The notes under the pieces: model-generated
The model's input: only the letters and a program-made list of their open reading frames with translations
The model's database searches: none
Told to the model about the DNA's origin: nothing
Program-made: the position numbers and the translations under genes
DNA from: Nitrosospira sp.
GTDB taxonomy: Bacteria; Pseudomonadota; Gammaproteobacteria; Burkholderiales; Nitrosomonadaceae
Assembly: GCA_035493655.1 (NCBI GenBank)
Contig: DATJHX010000081.1
Location: forward strand, 1-36,196
Length of the DNA stretch: 36,196 nucleotides
Direction of reading: 5' to 3'
Shown: in pieces, positions 1 through 10,587 of the stretch
Layout: each line of letters begins with the position of its first letter
Position numbering within the stretch: position 1 is the stretch's first letter

Positions 1-272
1 TGGTGCAAAAGCAAGGATATCGAGCTACGCTTTATTCAGCCCGGCAAGCCGAATCAAAACGCTTTCATCGAGCGCTTCAACCGATCGTACCGGACCGAGG
101 TACTCATGGCTGGTTATTCACGTCGCTTGAGGAAGTACGAGAAATCACGCATCACTGGCTACAAAGCTATAACGAAGAACGCCCCCAGAACGCGCTGGGA
201 AGCCTGCCCCCGGCTGTGTTCCGTGAGCGATTGCTCGCAGGGAAAAATTCTACTTCTAATCTGTCTACTTGA
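1..272 (+). pseudogene. IS3-family transposase, C-terminal integrase core, frameshifted, partial at window edge
   Basis: Frame 1 reads [35 protein letters not shown]. The protein continues in frame 3 as [35 protein letters not shown]. Both are typical IS3 OrfB motifs; frameshift near 104-110. Confidence 0.9.
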
Positions 273-286
273 TGGGGAAGCTTACG
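262..286 (+). mobile_element. Probable right terminal inverted repeat of the IS3-family element
   Basis: TGTCTACTTGATGGGGAAGCTTACG overlaps the transposase stop and resembles IS3-family ends (normally ...CA). The left IR is outside the window. Confidence 0.55.
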
Positions 287-498
287 CAACTAAAAGCCTC
301 TCGATGTCGGGCTTAATTGTCGAGTTATTTCCTTGATCCTTGAAGCGCTCCTTTATTTTTGGGTTGCTGTCATTATCAGCAAGAAACGGAAATACTATCT
401 CTAGCCGGGGCTGTATATGGCTTATCAATTCAGTATGAGGATTGTCCCTCGCCGCTTTAAACAAGACCCCATACACCAAACCACAGCGCAAATAGTCA

Positions 499-1158
499 TC
501 ATTCCATTGAAATCCGCAACGATAGGGCGGCCGTCCAGGGCGCCAATACCAGCGAAGCCAGCAGAAAAGCACCCAGCAGTGACATATGGGCGCCGGCTCC
601 CAGTCCCGCTGTGCTCGCTTCCACCGCACCCGCACCGAAAATCAGGACTGGTATATACAGCGGTAAAACCAATAGTGAAACCAGGACGCCGCCACCGCGC
701 AATCCCAGCGTCAGTGCGGCACCGATAGCGCCAATAAGGCTTAAAACCGGTGTTCCGAGCAACAGGGAGGCGGTCAACACCAGCAGTGCATCCGCCGGCA
801 GATCATATTGTATGCCCAGAACCGGAGCCATCAGTACCAGCGGTACACCGGTTACCAGCCAGTGGGCCAGTGCTTTTCCCAATACCAGCAGGGAAAGCGA
901 TTGAGGCGAGATCAGCATCTGTTCCAGTGTGCCATCCACATGATCGCCGGAAAACATGCGCCCCAGGGACAGCATCGAGGCCAGCAGAGCAGCTACCCAT
1001 ACCACGCCTGGAGCCATGACCCGGAGCATATTCATTTCGGGGCCTACGCCGAGGGGAAACAGGCTCACTACGATGATGAAAAAGAAAAGTGTGGTCAAGA
1101 CATCCGCTCGCCGCCGCATTGCGAGCAGAAGGTCGCGGCGAATTATCCAGAGGAACAT
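499..1158 (-). CDS. ccmB: Heme exporter permease CcmB
   Basis: RRDLLLAMRR, LFPLGVGP, DGTLEQ and LVLPLYIPVLIFG motifs. Start placed at the ATG of MFLWII, directly after the ccmA stop. Confidence 0.95.
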   Translation of the reverse strand: MFLWIIRRDLLLAMRRRADVLTTLFFFIIVVSLFPLGVGPEMNMLRVMAPGVVWVAALLASMLSLGRMFSGDHVDGTLEQMLISPQSLSLLVLGKALAHWLVTGVPLVLMAPVLGIQYDLPADALLVLTASLLLGTPVLSLIGAIGAALTLGLRGGGVLVSLLVLPLYIPVLIFGAGAVEASTAGLGAGAHMSLLGAFLLASLVLAPWTAALSLRISME

Positions 1159-1159
1159 A

Positions 1160-1786
1160 TCAGGCGAGTTGCAACCGCTGGGTTGCAATGGCGGCTATCT
1201 CAATCTCCTGATGCGTTGTCATCACTATCATGCCACCCTGGCCCAGATGCTGCTCCAGCAGACCTTGCACCAGTTTTACCGCCGCCACATCCAGGGCGGT
1301 CAGTGGCTCGTCCAATATCCACAATACTGTTCCACATACCAATAGACGCGCCAACGTAACCCTGCGTCGCTGCCCTTGCGACAATACCTTGGCCGGCAAC
1401 AGTTCACGGCCTCCCAATCCCATATGCTGCAAGGCTTCATGCGCTTTTTTTTCGTCGATTTCAACGCCTGAGAGTGCACTGGAAATGCGCAGATTCTCAA
1501 TGGCGGTCAGGTCATCCTTGACGCCGCTTGCATGGCCAAGATACGTCATGGTTCCAAAATAAGCTCCTCCTCCCCTGAGGGAGCGTATTTCGGAACCATC
1601 CCAGCGAATTTCCCCATGGGCAGGGGTCGCGAGGCCGCAGAGCATGCGCAGAAGGCTGGTTTTTCCGCTGCCATTCGGGCCTTGAACCTGCATGAGCCCA
1701 CCCGCCTGAAGAGAGAAATTGACGTTTTTAAATAGCTGACGATCGCCGCGCACGCAGGCCAGGTCGCTTCCTTCCAGAGATGGCAT
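1160..1786 (-). CDS. ccmA: Heme exporter ATP-binding protein CcmA
   Basis: Walker A GPNGSGKTS, LSQGQRRR signature, WILDEP Walker B, TTHQ; adjacent to ccmB. Confidence 0.95.
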   Translation of the reverse strand: MPSLEGSDLACVRGDRQLFKNVNFSLQAGGLMQVQGPNGSGKTSLLRMLCGLATPAHGEIRWDGSEIRSLRGGGAYFGTMTYLGHASGVKDDLTAIENLRISSALSGVEIDEKKAHEALQHMGLGGRELLPAKVLSQGQRRRVTLARLLVCGTVLWILDEPLTALDVAAVKLVQGLLEQHLGQGGMIVMTTHQEIEIAAIATQRLQLA

Positions 1787-1947
1787 TTATCGAAGCACAA
1801 AAAAAGCAGGCATTATAGCGCATCAGTAATACTGATGGCCTTGCCCATTGGCTGAAGGCGGGGAACAGCCGGTTGAGGATGGAAATTAAATCCTTGAAAA
1901 AAGCGCGATGTACTTCAACTCTGGCATACCGCCAGCGTCCTTGATAG

Positions 1948-3084
<1,137 letters not shown>

Positions 3085-3172
3085 CTATTTTCCTGAAAAT
3101 CCGGATGAGCGAAAAATTGAATCTGTACTAATGGTTGACTATTGTTCTGGCGGGCAGGCCTACACATATCAC

Positions 3173-3264
3173 GTGATGCCCGCGGAAGCGGGCATCCATG
3201 AGTGCAACGCACACTAGTCGGCTGGAGCTTCGCAATAATCGGTTCGAGTCAAGCTCGGAATGAC
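3173..3264. repeat. Degenerate REP-like inverted hairpin pair (GTCATNCCCGCG...GGAATGAC type)
   Basis: Hairpin GATGCCCGC-GGAA-GCGGGCATC at 3175-3196 and a degenerate partner ending CTCGGAATGAC at 3241-3264. Confidence 0.55.
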
Positions 3265-3351
3265 TAAAATCATGACGGTTTCTTGCCGGATAAATAATAT
3301 GCGCACCGGGTGGAATGAATGCTGCTGTGGTAATGATGAGTGCTCACCAGC

Positions 3352-4173
3352 TTATATTCCACGCAGCAACTCGTTGATGCCCGTTTTTGCCCGGGTTTTG
3401 GCATCCACCTGCTTAACGATTACCGCGCAGTAAAGACTGTATTTTCCGTCCACCGACGGAAGGCTGCCGGAAACCACTACCGAGCCTGACGGGATTCGCC
3501 CATAGCTGACTTCACCGGTTTCGCGGTTATAAATTTTGGTGCTCTGGCCGATATATACGCCCATCGAAATGACGGAATTCTCGCCGACGATAACGCCTTC
3601 AACGATCTCGGAGCGCGCGCCGATAAAGCAGTTGTCCTCGATAATGGTGGGATTTGCCTGAACCGGCTCTAGCACGCCGCCTATGCCTACTCCACCGGAC
3701 AAATGCACGTTCTTGCCAACCTGGGCACAGGAACCGACTGTGGCCCAGGTATCCACCATGGTGCCTTCATCGACGTAAGCGCCGATGTTCACGTAAGAGG
3801 GCATCAGCACGACATTGCTGGCGATAAAGGCACCCTTGCGGACTGCGGCAGGCGGCACCACGCGAAACCCTCCGTTGCGGAAGTCCTTGGAACTGTAATC
3901 TGCAAACTTGGAGGGCACTTTATCGAAATAATTGGAAAAACCGCCCTTGATAAAACTGTTGTCTTCGATACGGAAGGATAACAGGACAGCTTTTTTGATC
4001 CATTGATGCGTTTTCCATTCACCGTTGACCTTGTCCGCTACGCGCAATTTACCGCTGTCGAGCATTTCCAGCACCTGCGCAACAGATTCCTTGAGTTTGG
4101 CTTCGACATTGCGAGGGGTAATCCCGGCACGGCGTTCGAATGCTTCTTCTATCGTATTTTGGAGCTGATCCAT
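3352..4173 (-). CDS. dapD: Tetrahydrodipicolinate N-succinyltransferase
   Basis: [31 protein letters not shown] and [11 protein letters not shown] motifs. Confidence 0.98.
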   Translation of the reverse strand: MDQLQNTIEEAFERRAGITPRNVEAKLKESVAQVLEMLDSGKLRVADKVNGEWKTHQWIKKAVLLSFRIEDNSFIKGGFSNYFDKVPSKFADYSSKDFRNGGFRVVPPAAVRKGAFIASNVVLMPSYVNIGAYVDEGTMVDTWATVGSCAQVGKNVHLSGGVGIGGVLEPVQANPTIIEDNCFIGARSEIVEGVIVGENSVISMGVYIGQSTKIYNRETGEVSYGRIPSGSVVVSGSLPSVDGKYSLYCAVIVKQVDAKTRAKTGINELLRGI

Positions 4174-4265
4174 GTTTTTCCTTTTTCTCTTTTTCCTGAC
4201 TACACTATGTTGCAGTCAGATTCTCAAACCGCAAATTCTTAAATCGCTTTACTGCTAATTTACTG

Positions 4266-5462
4266 CTAATTCAAGCGGGATGTCAGTATCGAGATGCGTC
4301 CGGCAGCCTCGATACATTCGGCCAGCGGCGCAACCAGCGCGATCCGAATGAAATCCTCGCCAGGATTAATTCCGTCTGCATATCTCCCGAGGTAACTGCC
4401 GGGCAAAACCGTCACATTATAATCGCGATAAAGCTGGCGGGTGAACTCGACATCGGTCACCGGAGTTTTTATCCATAAATAAAAGGCCGCGTCCGGCATG
4501 GGTGCTGGGAGAGTATTCTTCAGCAATTCCGTGACCGCGGCGAATTTCTCCCGGTACATGCGGCGGTTCTCGATGACGTGCGCTTCATCGCTCCAGGCTG
4601 CCTCGCTCGCGGCTTGTACCGCCGGATTCATTGCGCTGCCGTGGTAGGTTCGGTAGAGCAGGAATTTTTCGAGTATCGCGGCGTCGCCCGCGGCGAACCC
4701 GGAACGCATGCCCGGTACATTGGATCTTTTCGACAGGCTGCTGAGGGCAACCAGCCGGGGGAAGCCTTCTCGGCCGAGATGATGCGCGGCTTCAAGCGCA
4801 CCGAGGGGGGGAGCGGCCTCGTCGAAATAGATCTCGGCATAACATTCATCCGAAACAATGACAAACTCGTGGCGGTCTGATAGCTCGAATAATCGCTGCC
4901 ATTCATCCATCGACATGACCCTGCCGGTGGGATTCCCAGGCGTGCAGACATACACGAGTTGCGTGTGCGACCAGACCTCTCCGGGCAACTGTGCATAGTC
5001 AAGTGCAAAGTTATTCTCCGGCAGCGTATTGAGGAAATGAGGCGTAGCACCTGCGAGCAAGGCCGCGCCTTCGTAGATCTGATAGAAAGGATTCGGGCAC
5101 ACCACGCCGGGGTGCAGGCGGGAGGGGTCAATCACCGCCTGGGCAATCGAGAACAGCGCTTCGCGGCTGCCGTTAACAGGGATAATCTGTGCGTCGGGAT
5201 CAATGGCAGGCAGGCGATAACGCCGCTTCAGCCATTTGGCGATACTCGCGCGCAGCGACCCGGCCCCAAGTGTGGTGGGATAATGGGCCATTGCGGAAAG
5301 GTTGGCTGTCAGCGCATTACGGATGAGCTCCGGTGTCGCATGCTTGGGCTCCCCAATGTGCAGGCTGATCGGGAGATAAGACCGGTTTGGCGTTATGTCT
5401 TCGAACAGCTTGTTGAGCTTCTGGAATGGATAAGGCTGGAGCCGATCAAGGTTGGGATTCAA
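4266..5462 (-). CDS. dapC: Succinyldiaminopimelate transaminase (PLP-dependent)
   Basis: LQPYPF, IGEPKH, NPFYQIYEGA and the SLSKRSNVPGMRSG PLP-lysine motif; directly upstream of dapD; TTG start. Confidence 0.93.
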   Translation of the reverse strand: MNPNLDRLQPYPFQKLNKLFEDITPNRSYLPISLHIGEPKHATPELIRNALTANLSAMAHYPTTLGAGSLRASIAKWLKRRYRLPAIDPDAQIIPVNGSREALFSIAQAVIDPSRLHPGVVCPNPFYQIYEGAALLAGATPHFLNTLPENNFALDYAQLPGEVWSHTQLVYVCTPGNPTGRVMSMDEWQRLFELSDRHEFVIVSDECYAEIYFDEAAPPLGALEAAHHLGREGFPRLVALSSLSKRSNVPGMRSGFAAGDAAILEKFLLYRTYHGSAMNPAVQAASEAAWSDEAHVIENRRMYREKFAAVTELLKNTLPAPMPDAAFYLWIKTPVTDVEFTRQLYRDYNVTVLPGSYLGRYADGINPGEDFIRIALVAPLAECIEAAGRISILTSRLN

Positions 5463-5466
5463 TTTA

Positions 5467-5619
5467 GGACACCTCTATAAATCCAAATTTCGTTGTGATA
5501 CTGGTTGTTCAAGAAATTTAATCGCTTACATATCAAAAACATGCGGCGCGCCAAAATTTCTTTCACGCCCTCAGTTGCCAAACGAGCTCACTTAGAACTT
5601 TAAATTTATAGAGGCGCCC
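5467..5619. mobile_element. MITE (153 bp) with 16-bp terminal inverted repeats and TTA flanks
   Basis: Left end GGACACCTCTATAAAT (5467-5482) versus reverse complement of the right end GGGCGCCTCTATAAAT (5604-5619): 14/16 match. TTA on both sides (5464-66, 5620-22). No transposase inside. Confidence 0.75.
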
Positions 5620-5705
5620 TTAATAGATAACGACTGTTGACAGGAAATCGCTATTTTTACAAGGTAAGCTACTCGATCGAGCTTGGAATTATAAAGGGCG
5701 GGCGC

Positions 5706-6605
5706 TTGCTGACCAAACAAAATAAGCAAAATACCGGAAACCCTATGCCTGTCGCAGCCTTGCTCGCCGGCGCCATCATCTGGGGCCTGCTCTGGTATCC
5801 CTATCGTATTCTGGAGCAGGCCCAGGTACATGGACCGATTGCAACGGCAATCACATACGCTATGGCCATGTTTATGGGGCTGGCCGTATTTCGCAATCGC
5901 CTGCGCAAATCCCTCATATTCGACGGTCAATCCCATTTACTGTTATGCATCGGGTTGTCTGCAGGCTGGGCGAATCTCGCGTACGTACTGGGTGTCGTTC
6001 ATGGCGAAGTCATGCGCGTGTTGCTGCTGTTTTATCTCGCGCCGCTATGGACTATTCTATTCGCGCGCCTTTTGCTGAACGAGCAATTAAGCCTGCACGG
6101 GTATCTGGTCATTGCCCTTTCACTGACCGGCGCGGTGATAATGCTGTGGCAGCCTGAAAGCGGATTTTCACTGCCGTCCACCTATAGCGATTGGATGGGA
6201 TTATCGGCGGGCTTTATGTTTGCACTGTCCAACGTGCTGAGCCGCAGGGACCAGACCCATGATATCCAGTTGAAGTCGCTGGCCGTATGGATAGGTGTGG
6301 CGCTGACAGCGGCTGGTTATAGCCTGATCCTGCGTGAGTTGCCAGTTTTGACTGATATTTCGGCTGGCGCATATCTGCTTCTGGCGGGAGTGGGACTCAT
6401 CGTATTTGGCCTGAGCCTTGTGATGCAATATGGGTTGACGCATGTGCCCGCGAATCGGGCCATCGTTATCATGTTGTTCGAGCTGGTGGCCGCGGCCGTG
6501 GCAGCATATTTTCTGACGGATGAGGTCATGACGTTGAGGGAGTGGATTGGCGGGGCGATGATTATTTCTGCAAGCCTGTTTTCAGCAAGGATGAATCGCA
6601 CCTGA
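5706..6605 (+). CDS. DMT/EamA family transporter
   Basis: About 10 hydrophobic segments, IWGLLW, LLFYLAPLW, ELVAA. Start uncertain (5637, 5706 or 5745). Confidence 0.88.
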   Translation: MLTKQNKQNTGNPMPVAALLAGAIIWGLLWYPYRILEQAQVHGPIATAITYAMAMFMGLAVFRNRLRKSLIFDGQSHLLLCIGLSAGWANLAYVLGVVHGEVMRVLLLFYLAPLWTILFARLLLNEQLSLHGYLVIALSLTGAVIMLWQPESGFSLPSTYSDWMGLSAGFMFALSNVLSRRDQTHDIQLKSLAVWIGVALTAAGYSLILRELPVLTDISAGAYLLLAGVGLIVFGLSLVMQYGLTHVPANRAIVIMLFELVAAAVAAYFLTDEVMTLREWIGGAMIISASLFSARMNRT

Positions 6606-6752
6606 ACTGGGTTCGTGCTTCTGCTGAAACAGTTGCACCCGGCGCTGAGGGAAGTAAACTCTCGTTTTACATCTCGGGGTACATTGTTTACGCATCGCTT
6701 ACGTGTCTGTTTTTGCATCGTTTATGTTACCGGTTGAAAGGAGCGAGTGAGC

Positions 6753-7703
6753 ATGAGCCATCACGTAGTTTTTCTGGAGCGGGATTCGCTCAAGGCGCAT
6801 GTGCGCCGGCCGAGATTCGAGCATGCATACGAGGAATATGCTCACACGCCGTCCGATCAGATAGTGCCGCGCCTGCGCCATGCCACCATAGCGATCATCA
6901 ACAAAGTGCAATTGAGTAATGAAACGCTTGCGCAACTGCCCAAGCTGAAAATGGTGGCAATTTCCGCAACCGGATATAACGGTATCGATATCGCAGCTTG
7001 CCGCAAGCGCGGTATTGCGGTGGCGAATATCCGCAATTATGCCATCCATACTGTGCCGGAGCATGTGTTTGCGCTGATGCTTGCACTACGTCGGAATTTG
7101 CTGGCCTATCGGCGCGAAATCGAACAGGGAGCTTGGCAGAAATCGGAGCAATTCTGTCTGTTCACCCATCATATGAGCGAACTGTCCGGTTCCACCATGG
7201 GCATAATCGGCGAAGGTGCGATTGGGCAGAGCACTGCCGCAATTGCACGGGGTTTTGGAATGCGAGTACTGTTTGCCTATCATGACTCGCCCAAAAAGAA
7301 AGAGGTCGTGCTTACACCATTGGATCAGGTGCTAGCCGAATCGGATGTTCTCTCCCTGCATTGTCCGCTAACACCCGCCACGCAGAATATGATCGGCATT
7401 GACCAACTGCGCAAGATGAAGCGCAGCGCCCTGCTGATCAATACGGCGCGGGGTGGGTTGGTCAATGAGATGGCACTGGTTCAGGCGCTGGATGAAGGTT
7501 TGATTGCTGGGGCCGGTTTTGACGTGCTCACCGAGGAGCCGCCGATAAATGGCAATCCCTTGCTCGACCTGCGTCGCCCCAATTTCATCCTGACTCCCCA
7601 CATCGCGTGGGCTTCGGATGAGGCGATGCAGGTACTTGCGGATCAACTGATCGATAATGTCGAAGCCTGGGTGGCGGGAAGGCCGCAAAATCTGGTTACA
7701 TGA
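6753..7703 (+). CDS. D-2-hydroxyacid dehydrogenase (glycerate dehydrogenase / hydroxypyruvate reductase-like)
   Basis: GIIGEGAIG NAD-binding motif, SLHCPLT, INTARGGLV, TPHIAW; AGGAG RBS upstream. Confidence 0.92.
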   Translation: MSHHVVFLERDSLKAHVRRPRFEHAYEEYAHTPSDQIVPRLRHATIAIINKVQLSNETLAQLPKLKMVAISATGYNGIDIAACRKRGIAVANIRNYAIHTVPEHVFALMLALRRNLLAYRREIEQGAWQKSEQFCLFTHHMSELSGSTMGIIGEGAIGQSTAAIARGFGMRVLFAYHDSPKKKEVVLTPLDQVLAESDVLSLHCPLTPATQNMIGIDQLRKMKRSALLINTARGGLVNEMALVQALDEGLIAGAGFDVLTEEPPINGNPLLDLRRPNFILTPHIAWASDEAMQVLADQLIDNVEAWVAGRPQNLVT

Positions 7704-7710
7704 ATGCTTC

Positions 7711-7740
7711 GTCGGGTTACGCTGCGCTAACCCGACCTAC
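7711..7740 (-). repeat. GTAG-family REP palindrome
   Basis: Minus strand reads GTAG-GTCGGGTTAGCG-CAG-CGTAACCCGAC: a GTAG foot plus an imperfect hairpin, just after a stop codon. Confidence 0.75.
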
Positions 7741-8006
7741 TGCTCTGCATAAGTCATAAGTATCGGTAGCTTGGGTTGCGTAGGGGGAAAAATACAGAGA
7801 TAGAGTTCGTGTTTACGTAGGGTAAACGCTCCACCGGACGTGGTTGACAAGCCATGCCCCCTTCGATAGTCTCCTACGGTTCGGTTTTGGCCTGATTAAC
7901 CTTCGCGGCCAGTTCATGTCAACGCATGCATGATTCATACGATTGAGTATTCGGCTTCGAATATCTTAAAATATTTCACTATAACCATTAACCACAGGAG
8001 AGAGTA

Positions 8007-8426
8007 ATGGAACTTAAGGGATCGAAAACGGAAGGAAATCTGAAAGCGGCTTTTGCCGGGGAATCTCAGGCGAACCGCCGCTACCTCTACTTTGCAAATA
8101 AAGCGGATATCGAAGGCCAAAATGATGTGGCGGTAGTATTCCGTTCCACGGCGGAAGGCGAAACCGGCCCTGCCCATGGTCATCTGGAGTATCTCGAAGC
8201 GAGTGGCGACCCGGCTACCGGCCTGCCGATCGGCTCATCGCGGGAAAATCTCCATGCAGCCATCGCCGGTGAAACTCATGAATACACCGATATGTATCCG
8301 GGCATGGCCAAGTCCGCGCGGGAAGAAGGTTTTGATGAAATCGCCGACTGGTTTGAAACATTGGCGAAGGCTGAGCGCTCTCATGCCAACCGCTTCCAGA
8401 AGGCCCTCGACAATCTGGCTGAATAA
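8007..8426 (+). CDS. Short rubrerythrin without rubredoxin domain; His ligand replaced by Pro55
   Basis: [38 protein letters not shown]; AGGAG RBS. Confidence 0.93.
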   Translation: MELKGSKTEGNLKAAFAGESQANRRYLYFANKADIEGQNDVAVVFRSTAEGETGPAHGHLEYLEASGDPATGLPIGSSRENLHAAIAGETHEYTDMYPGMAKSAREEGFDEIADWFETLAKAERSHANRFQKALDNLAE

Positions 8427-8561
8427 CATTTCTCGGTAACATTTCTCGGGCGAAATAACGCATGGTCCGGGCCGGCGCCGTTCTGACCGGTCCGTCCAGC
8501 CCACTCATCCTGAAGTTTTATTAGTTTCGGTTTTATTCCTCATCTGATTTTCACTTAAAGC

Positions 8562-9905
8562 ATGACCACCCGAGAAGGCAGCCTTGAGGCTCCAAAACGT
8601 CATCCGCTCGATTGGGAAAATCCCGATTTTTACGACGAACCAAAGCTGTTCGCCGAGATGGAGCGTGTATTCGATATCTGCCACGGCTGCCGCCGCTGCG
8701 TCAATCTGTGCACAGCATTTCCCAGCTTGTTCGACCTGATAGACGAGGGGTCCACCGGCGAGCTGGATGGAGTCGAAAAGCAAAAATTCTGGGAGGTGGT
8801 CGATCGCTGCTACCTCTGCGATATGTGCTTCATGACGAAGTGCCCTTATGTTCCACCCCACCCCTGGAATGTCGATTTTCCGCATCTCATGCTGCGCGCC
8901 AAGGCGGTCAAGCACAAAAAAGGGGATATCCGTTTCCGCGATAAATTGCTCTCGAGTACTGACGCCGTAGGCAAGCTGGCGAGTATTCCCGTGGTTGCGC
9001 AGACAGTCAATGCCGTAAATAAAGCGCCAGCGGCGCGCAAGCTGATGGACAGCATGCTGGGTATCCATGCCGAGCGGAAATTGCCCGAGTATGACAGCCA
9101 TAAATTTCGCCCTAATGCACGACCCAATTCTTCTCACGAGGTTCGCGACGGCGCCCGAACACCGGGCAAGGTGGCGATCTATGCCACCTGCTACATCAAT
9201 TACAATGAACCGGGCATTGGTCACGATTTATTGAAAATACTGGATCACAACGAGATTCCGGTGCGGCTGGTGGAAAAAGAGGCTTGCTGCGGCATGCCGA
9301 AGCTGGAACTGGGTGATCTGCCGGCAGTAAAGGAGCTTAAGACGAGGAATATTCCTCCTTTAGTGAAACTGGCGAAAGAAGGGTATGCGATACTAACCGC
9401 TGTGCCATCATGCACCCTCATGTACAAGCAGGAATTGCCGCTCATGTTTCCCGGGGATGAAGATGTGAAGGCTGTGGCGGAGGCGATGTTCGATCCGTTC
9501 GAGTACCTGATGTTGCGGCACCGGGACAGGTTATTGAAAACCGACTTTACACAGCCTCTAGGCAACGTTTCCTATCATATCCCCTGCCATTTGCGGGTGC
9601 AGAATATCGGGCAGAAAACCCGGGAAATGCTGCAACTGGTACCGGGAACCAAAGTGAACGTGGTGGAGCGCTGCTCCGGTCATGATGGCACCTGGGGAGT
9701 CAAGACCGAGCATTTTGCCGAATCAATGAAGATCGGCAGACCGGTTTTCAAGCAGATGGCGGCGTCCGCCCCAGACTACATCAGCTCCGATTGCGCCATT
9801 GCCGCCCGCCATATCAAGCAGGGAATGGATGCTACAGGCACTACCAACGCTCAGAAACAGCATCCGCTGACTCTCATGCGCATCGCTTATGGTCTGGCTG
9901 AATGA
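8562..9905 (+). CDS. Rubrerythrin-associated Fe-S oxidoreductase (GlpC/heterodisulfide reductase-like, CCG domains)
   Basis: CHGCRRCVNLC and CYLCDMCFMTKC clusters, ACCGMP, CSGHDG. Confidence 0.9.
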   Translation: MTTREGSLEAPKRHPLDWENPDFYDEPKLFAEMERVFDICHGCRRCVNLCTAFPSLFDLIDEGSTGELDGVEKQKFWEVVDRCYLCDMCFMTKCPYVPPHPWNVDFPHLMLRAKAVKHKKGDIRFRDKLLSSTDAVGKLASIPVVAQTVNAVNKAPAARKLMDSMLGIHAERKLPEYDSHKFRPNARPNSSHEVRDGARTPGKVAIYATCYINYNEPGIGHDLLKILDHNEIPVRLVEKEACCGMPKLELGDLPAVKELKTRNIPPLVKLAKEGYAILTAVPSCTLMYKQELPLMFPGDEDVKAVAEAMFDPFEYLMLRHRDRLLKTDFTQPLGNVSYHIPCHLRVQNIGQKTREMLQLVPGTKVNVVERCSGHDGTWGVKTEHFAESMKIGRPVFKQMAASAPDYISSDCAIAARHIKQGMDATGTTNAQKQHPLTLMRIAYGLAE

Positions 9906-9998
9906 TATTCAAACTCCGCCTATTCAAACCCTGCCTTATGTAACCTTATGCAACCTTATGCAATCACATTAAAAAAATGCCAGGAATATGCCAGGAAT
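9906..9998. repeat. Cluster of short tandem repeats in an intergenic spacer
   Basis: 15-bp TATTCAAAC..GCC x2 (9906-9935), CCTTATG(T/C)AA x3 (9934-9963) and ATGCCAGGAAT x2 (9977-9998). Confidence 0.85.
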
Positions 9999-10587
9999 TA
10001 GCCGCGATAGCCTGTTGACCCTTGAGGCCTACGCCAAAGCACGGCAGGATTTCCGTGCTCACGTTATGGCCCACAAAAAAAACCGCAAGATCCATCTCGG
10101 GGAAAATGTAACGCTCATTTTTGAGGATGAGCTGACGATACGGTATCAGATTCAGGAAATGCTCCGGGCGGAAAGGATTTTTGATGAAGCGGGCATACAG
10201 GAGGAGCTGGAAGCGTACGACCCCCTGGTTCCCGATGGCGCCAACTGGAAAGCAACCATGATGATTGAATTTCCCGACCCGGTGGAGCGCGCTGCGCGGT
10301 TAAGGGAATTGATCGGAATACAGGATAGAGTCTGGGTAAAAGTTGACGCTCATGATCCGGTTTATGCTATTGCCGATGAGGATATGGACCGCCAAACCGG
10401 GGAAAAGACCTCATCAGTGCATTTTCTGCGTTTTGAGCTAAATTCGGACATGATTGCCGCGCTACGCCAGAATGCCTCCTTGAGCATGGGTATCGATCAT
10501 CCCGCTTATGATGTGTCATCGGGGCCGATAACGGGGCCGGTGAAAGATTCCTTGATCGGCGACCTCGCTTCGAATACCGTTGCATAA
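9988..10587 (+). CDS. DUF3501 family protein
   Basis: YQIQEMLRAERIF, WKATMMIEF and KTSSVHFLRF motifs; canonical neighbour of the rubrerythrin/Fe-S oxidoreductase pair. Confidence 0.9.
   Translation: MPGISRDSLLTLEAYAKARQDFRAHVMAHKKNRKIHLGENVTLIFEDELTIRYQIQEMLRAERIFDEAGIQEELEAYDPLVPDGANWKATMMIEFPDPVERAARLRELIGIQDRVWVKVDAHDPVYAIADEDMDRQTGEKTSSVHFLRFELNSDMIAALRQNASLSMGIDHPAYDVSSGPITGPVKDSLIGDLASNTVA

Noticed and set aside
282-635. 117-aa minus-strand ORF as ccmC or ccmD
   Set aside because: It overlaps ccmB out of frame and lacks the WWD heme-handling motif and the CcmD profile.
9906-9998. Repeat cluster as a CRISPR array
   Set aside because: Units are 10-15 bp and directly adjacent, with no spacers and no cas genes.
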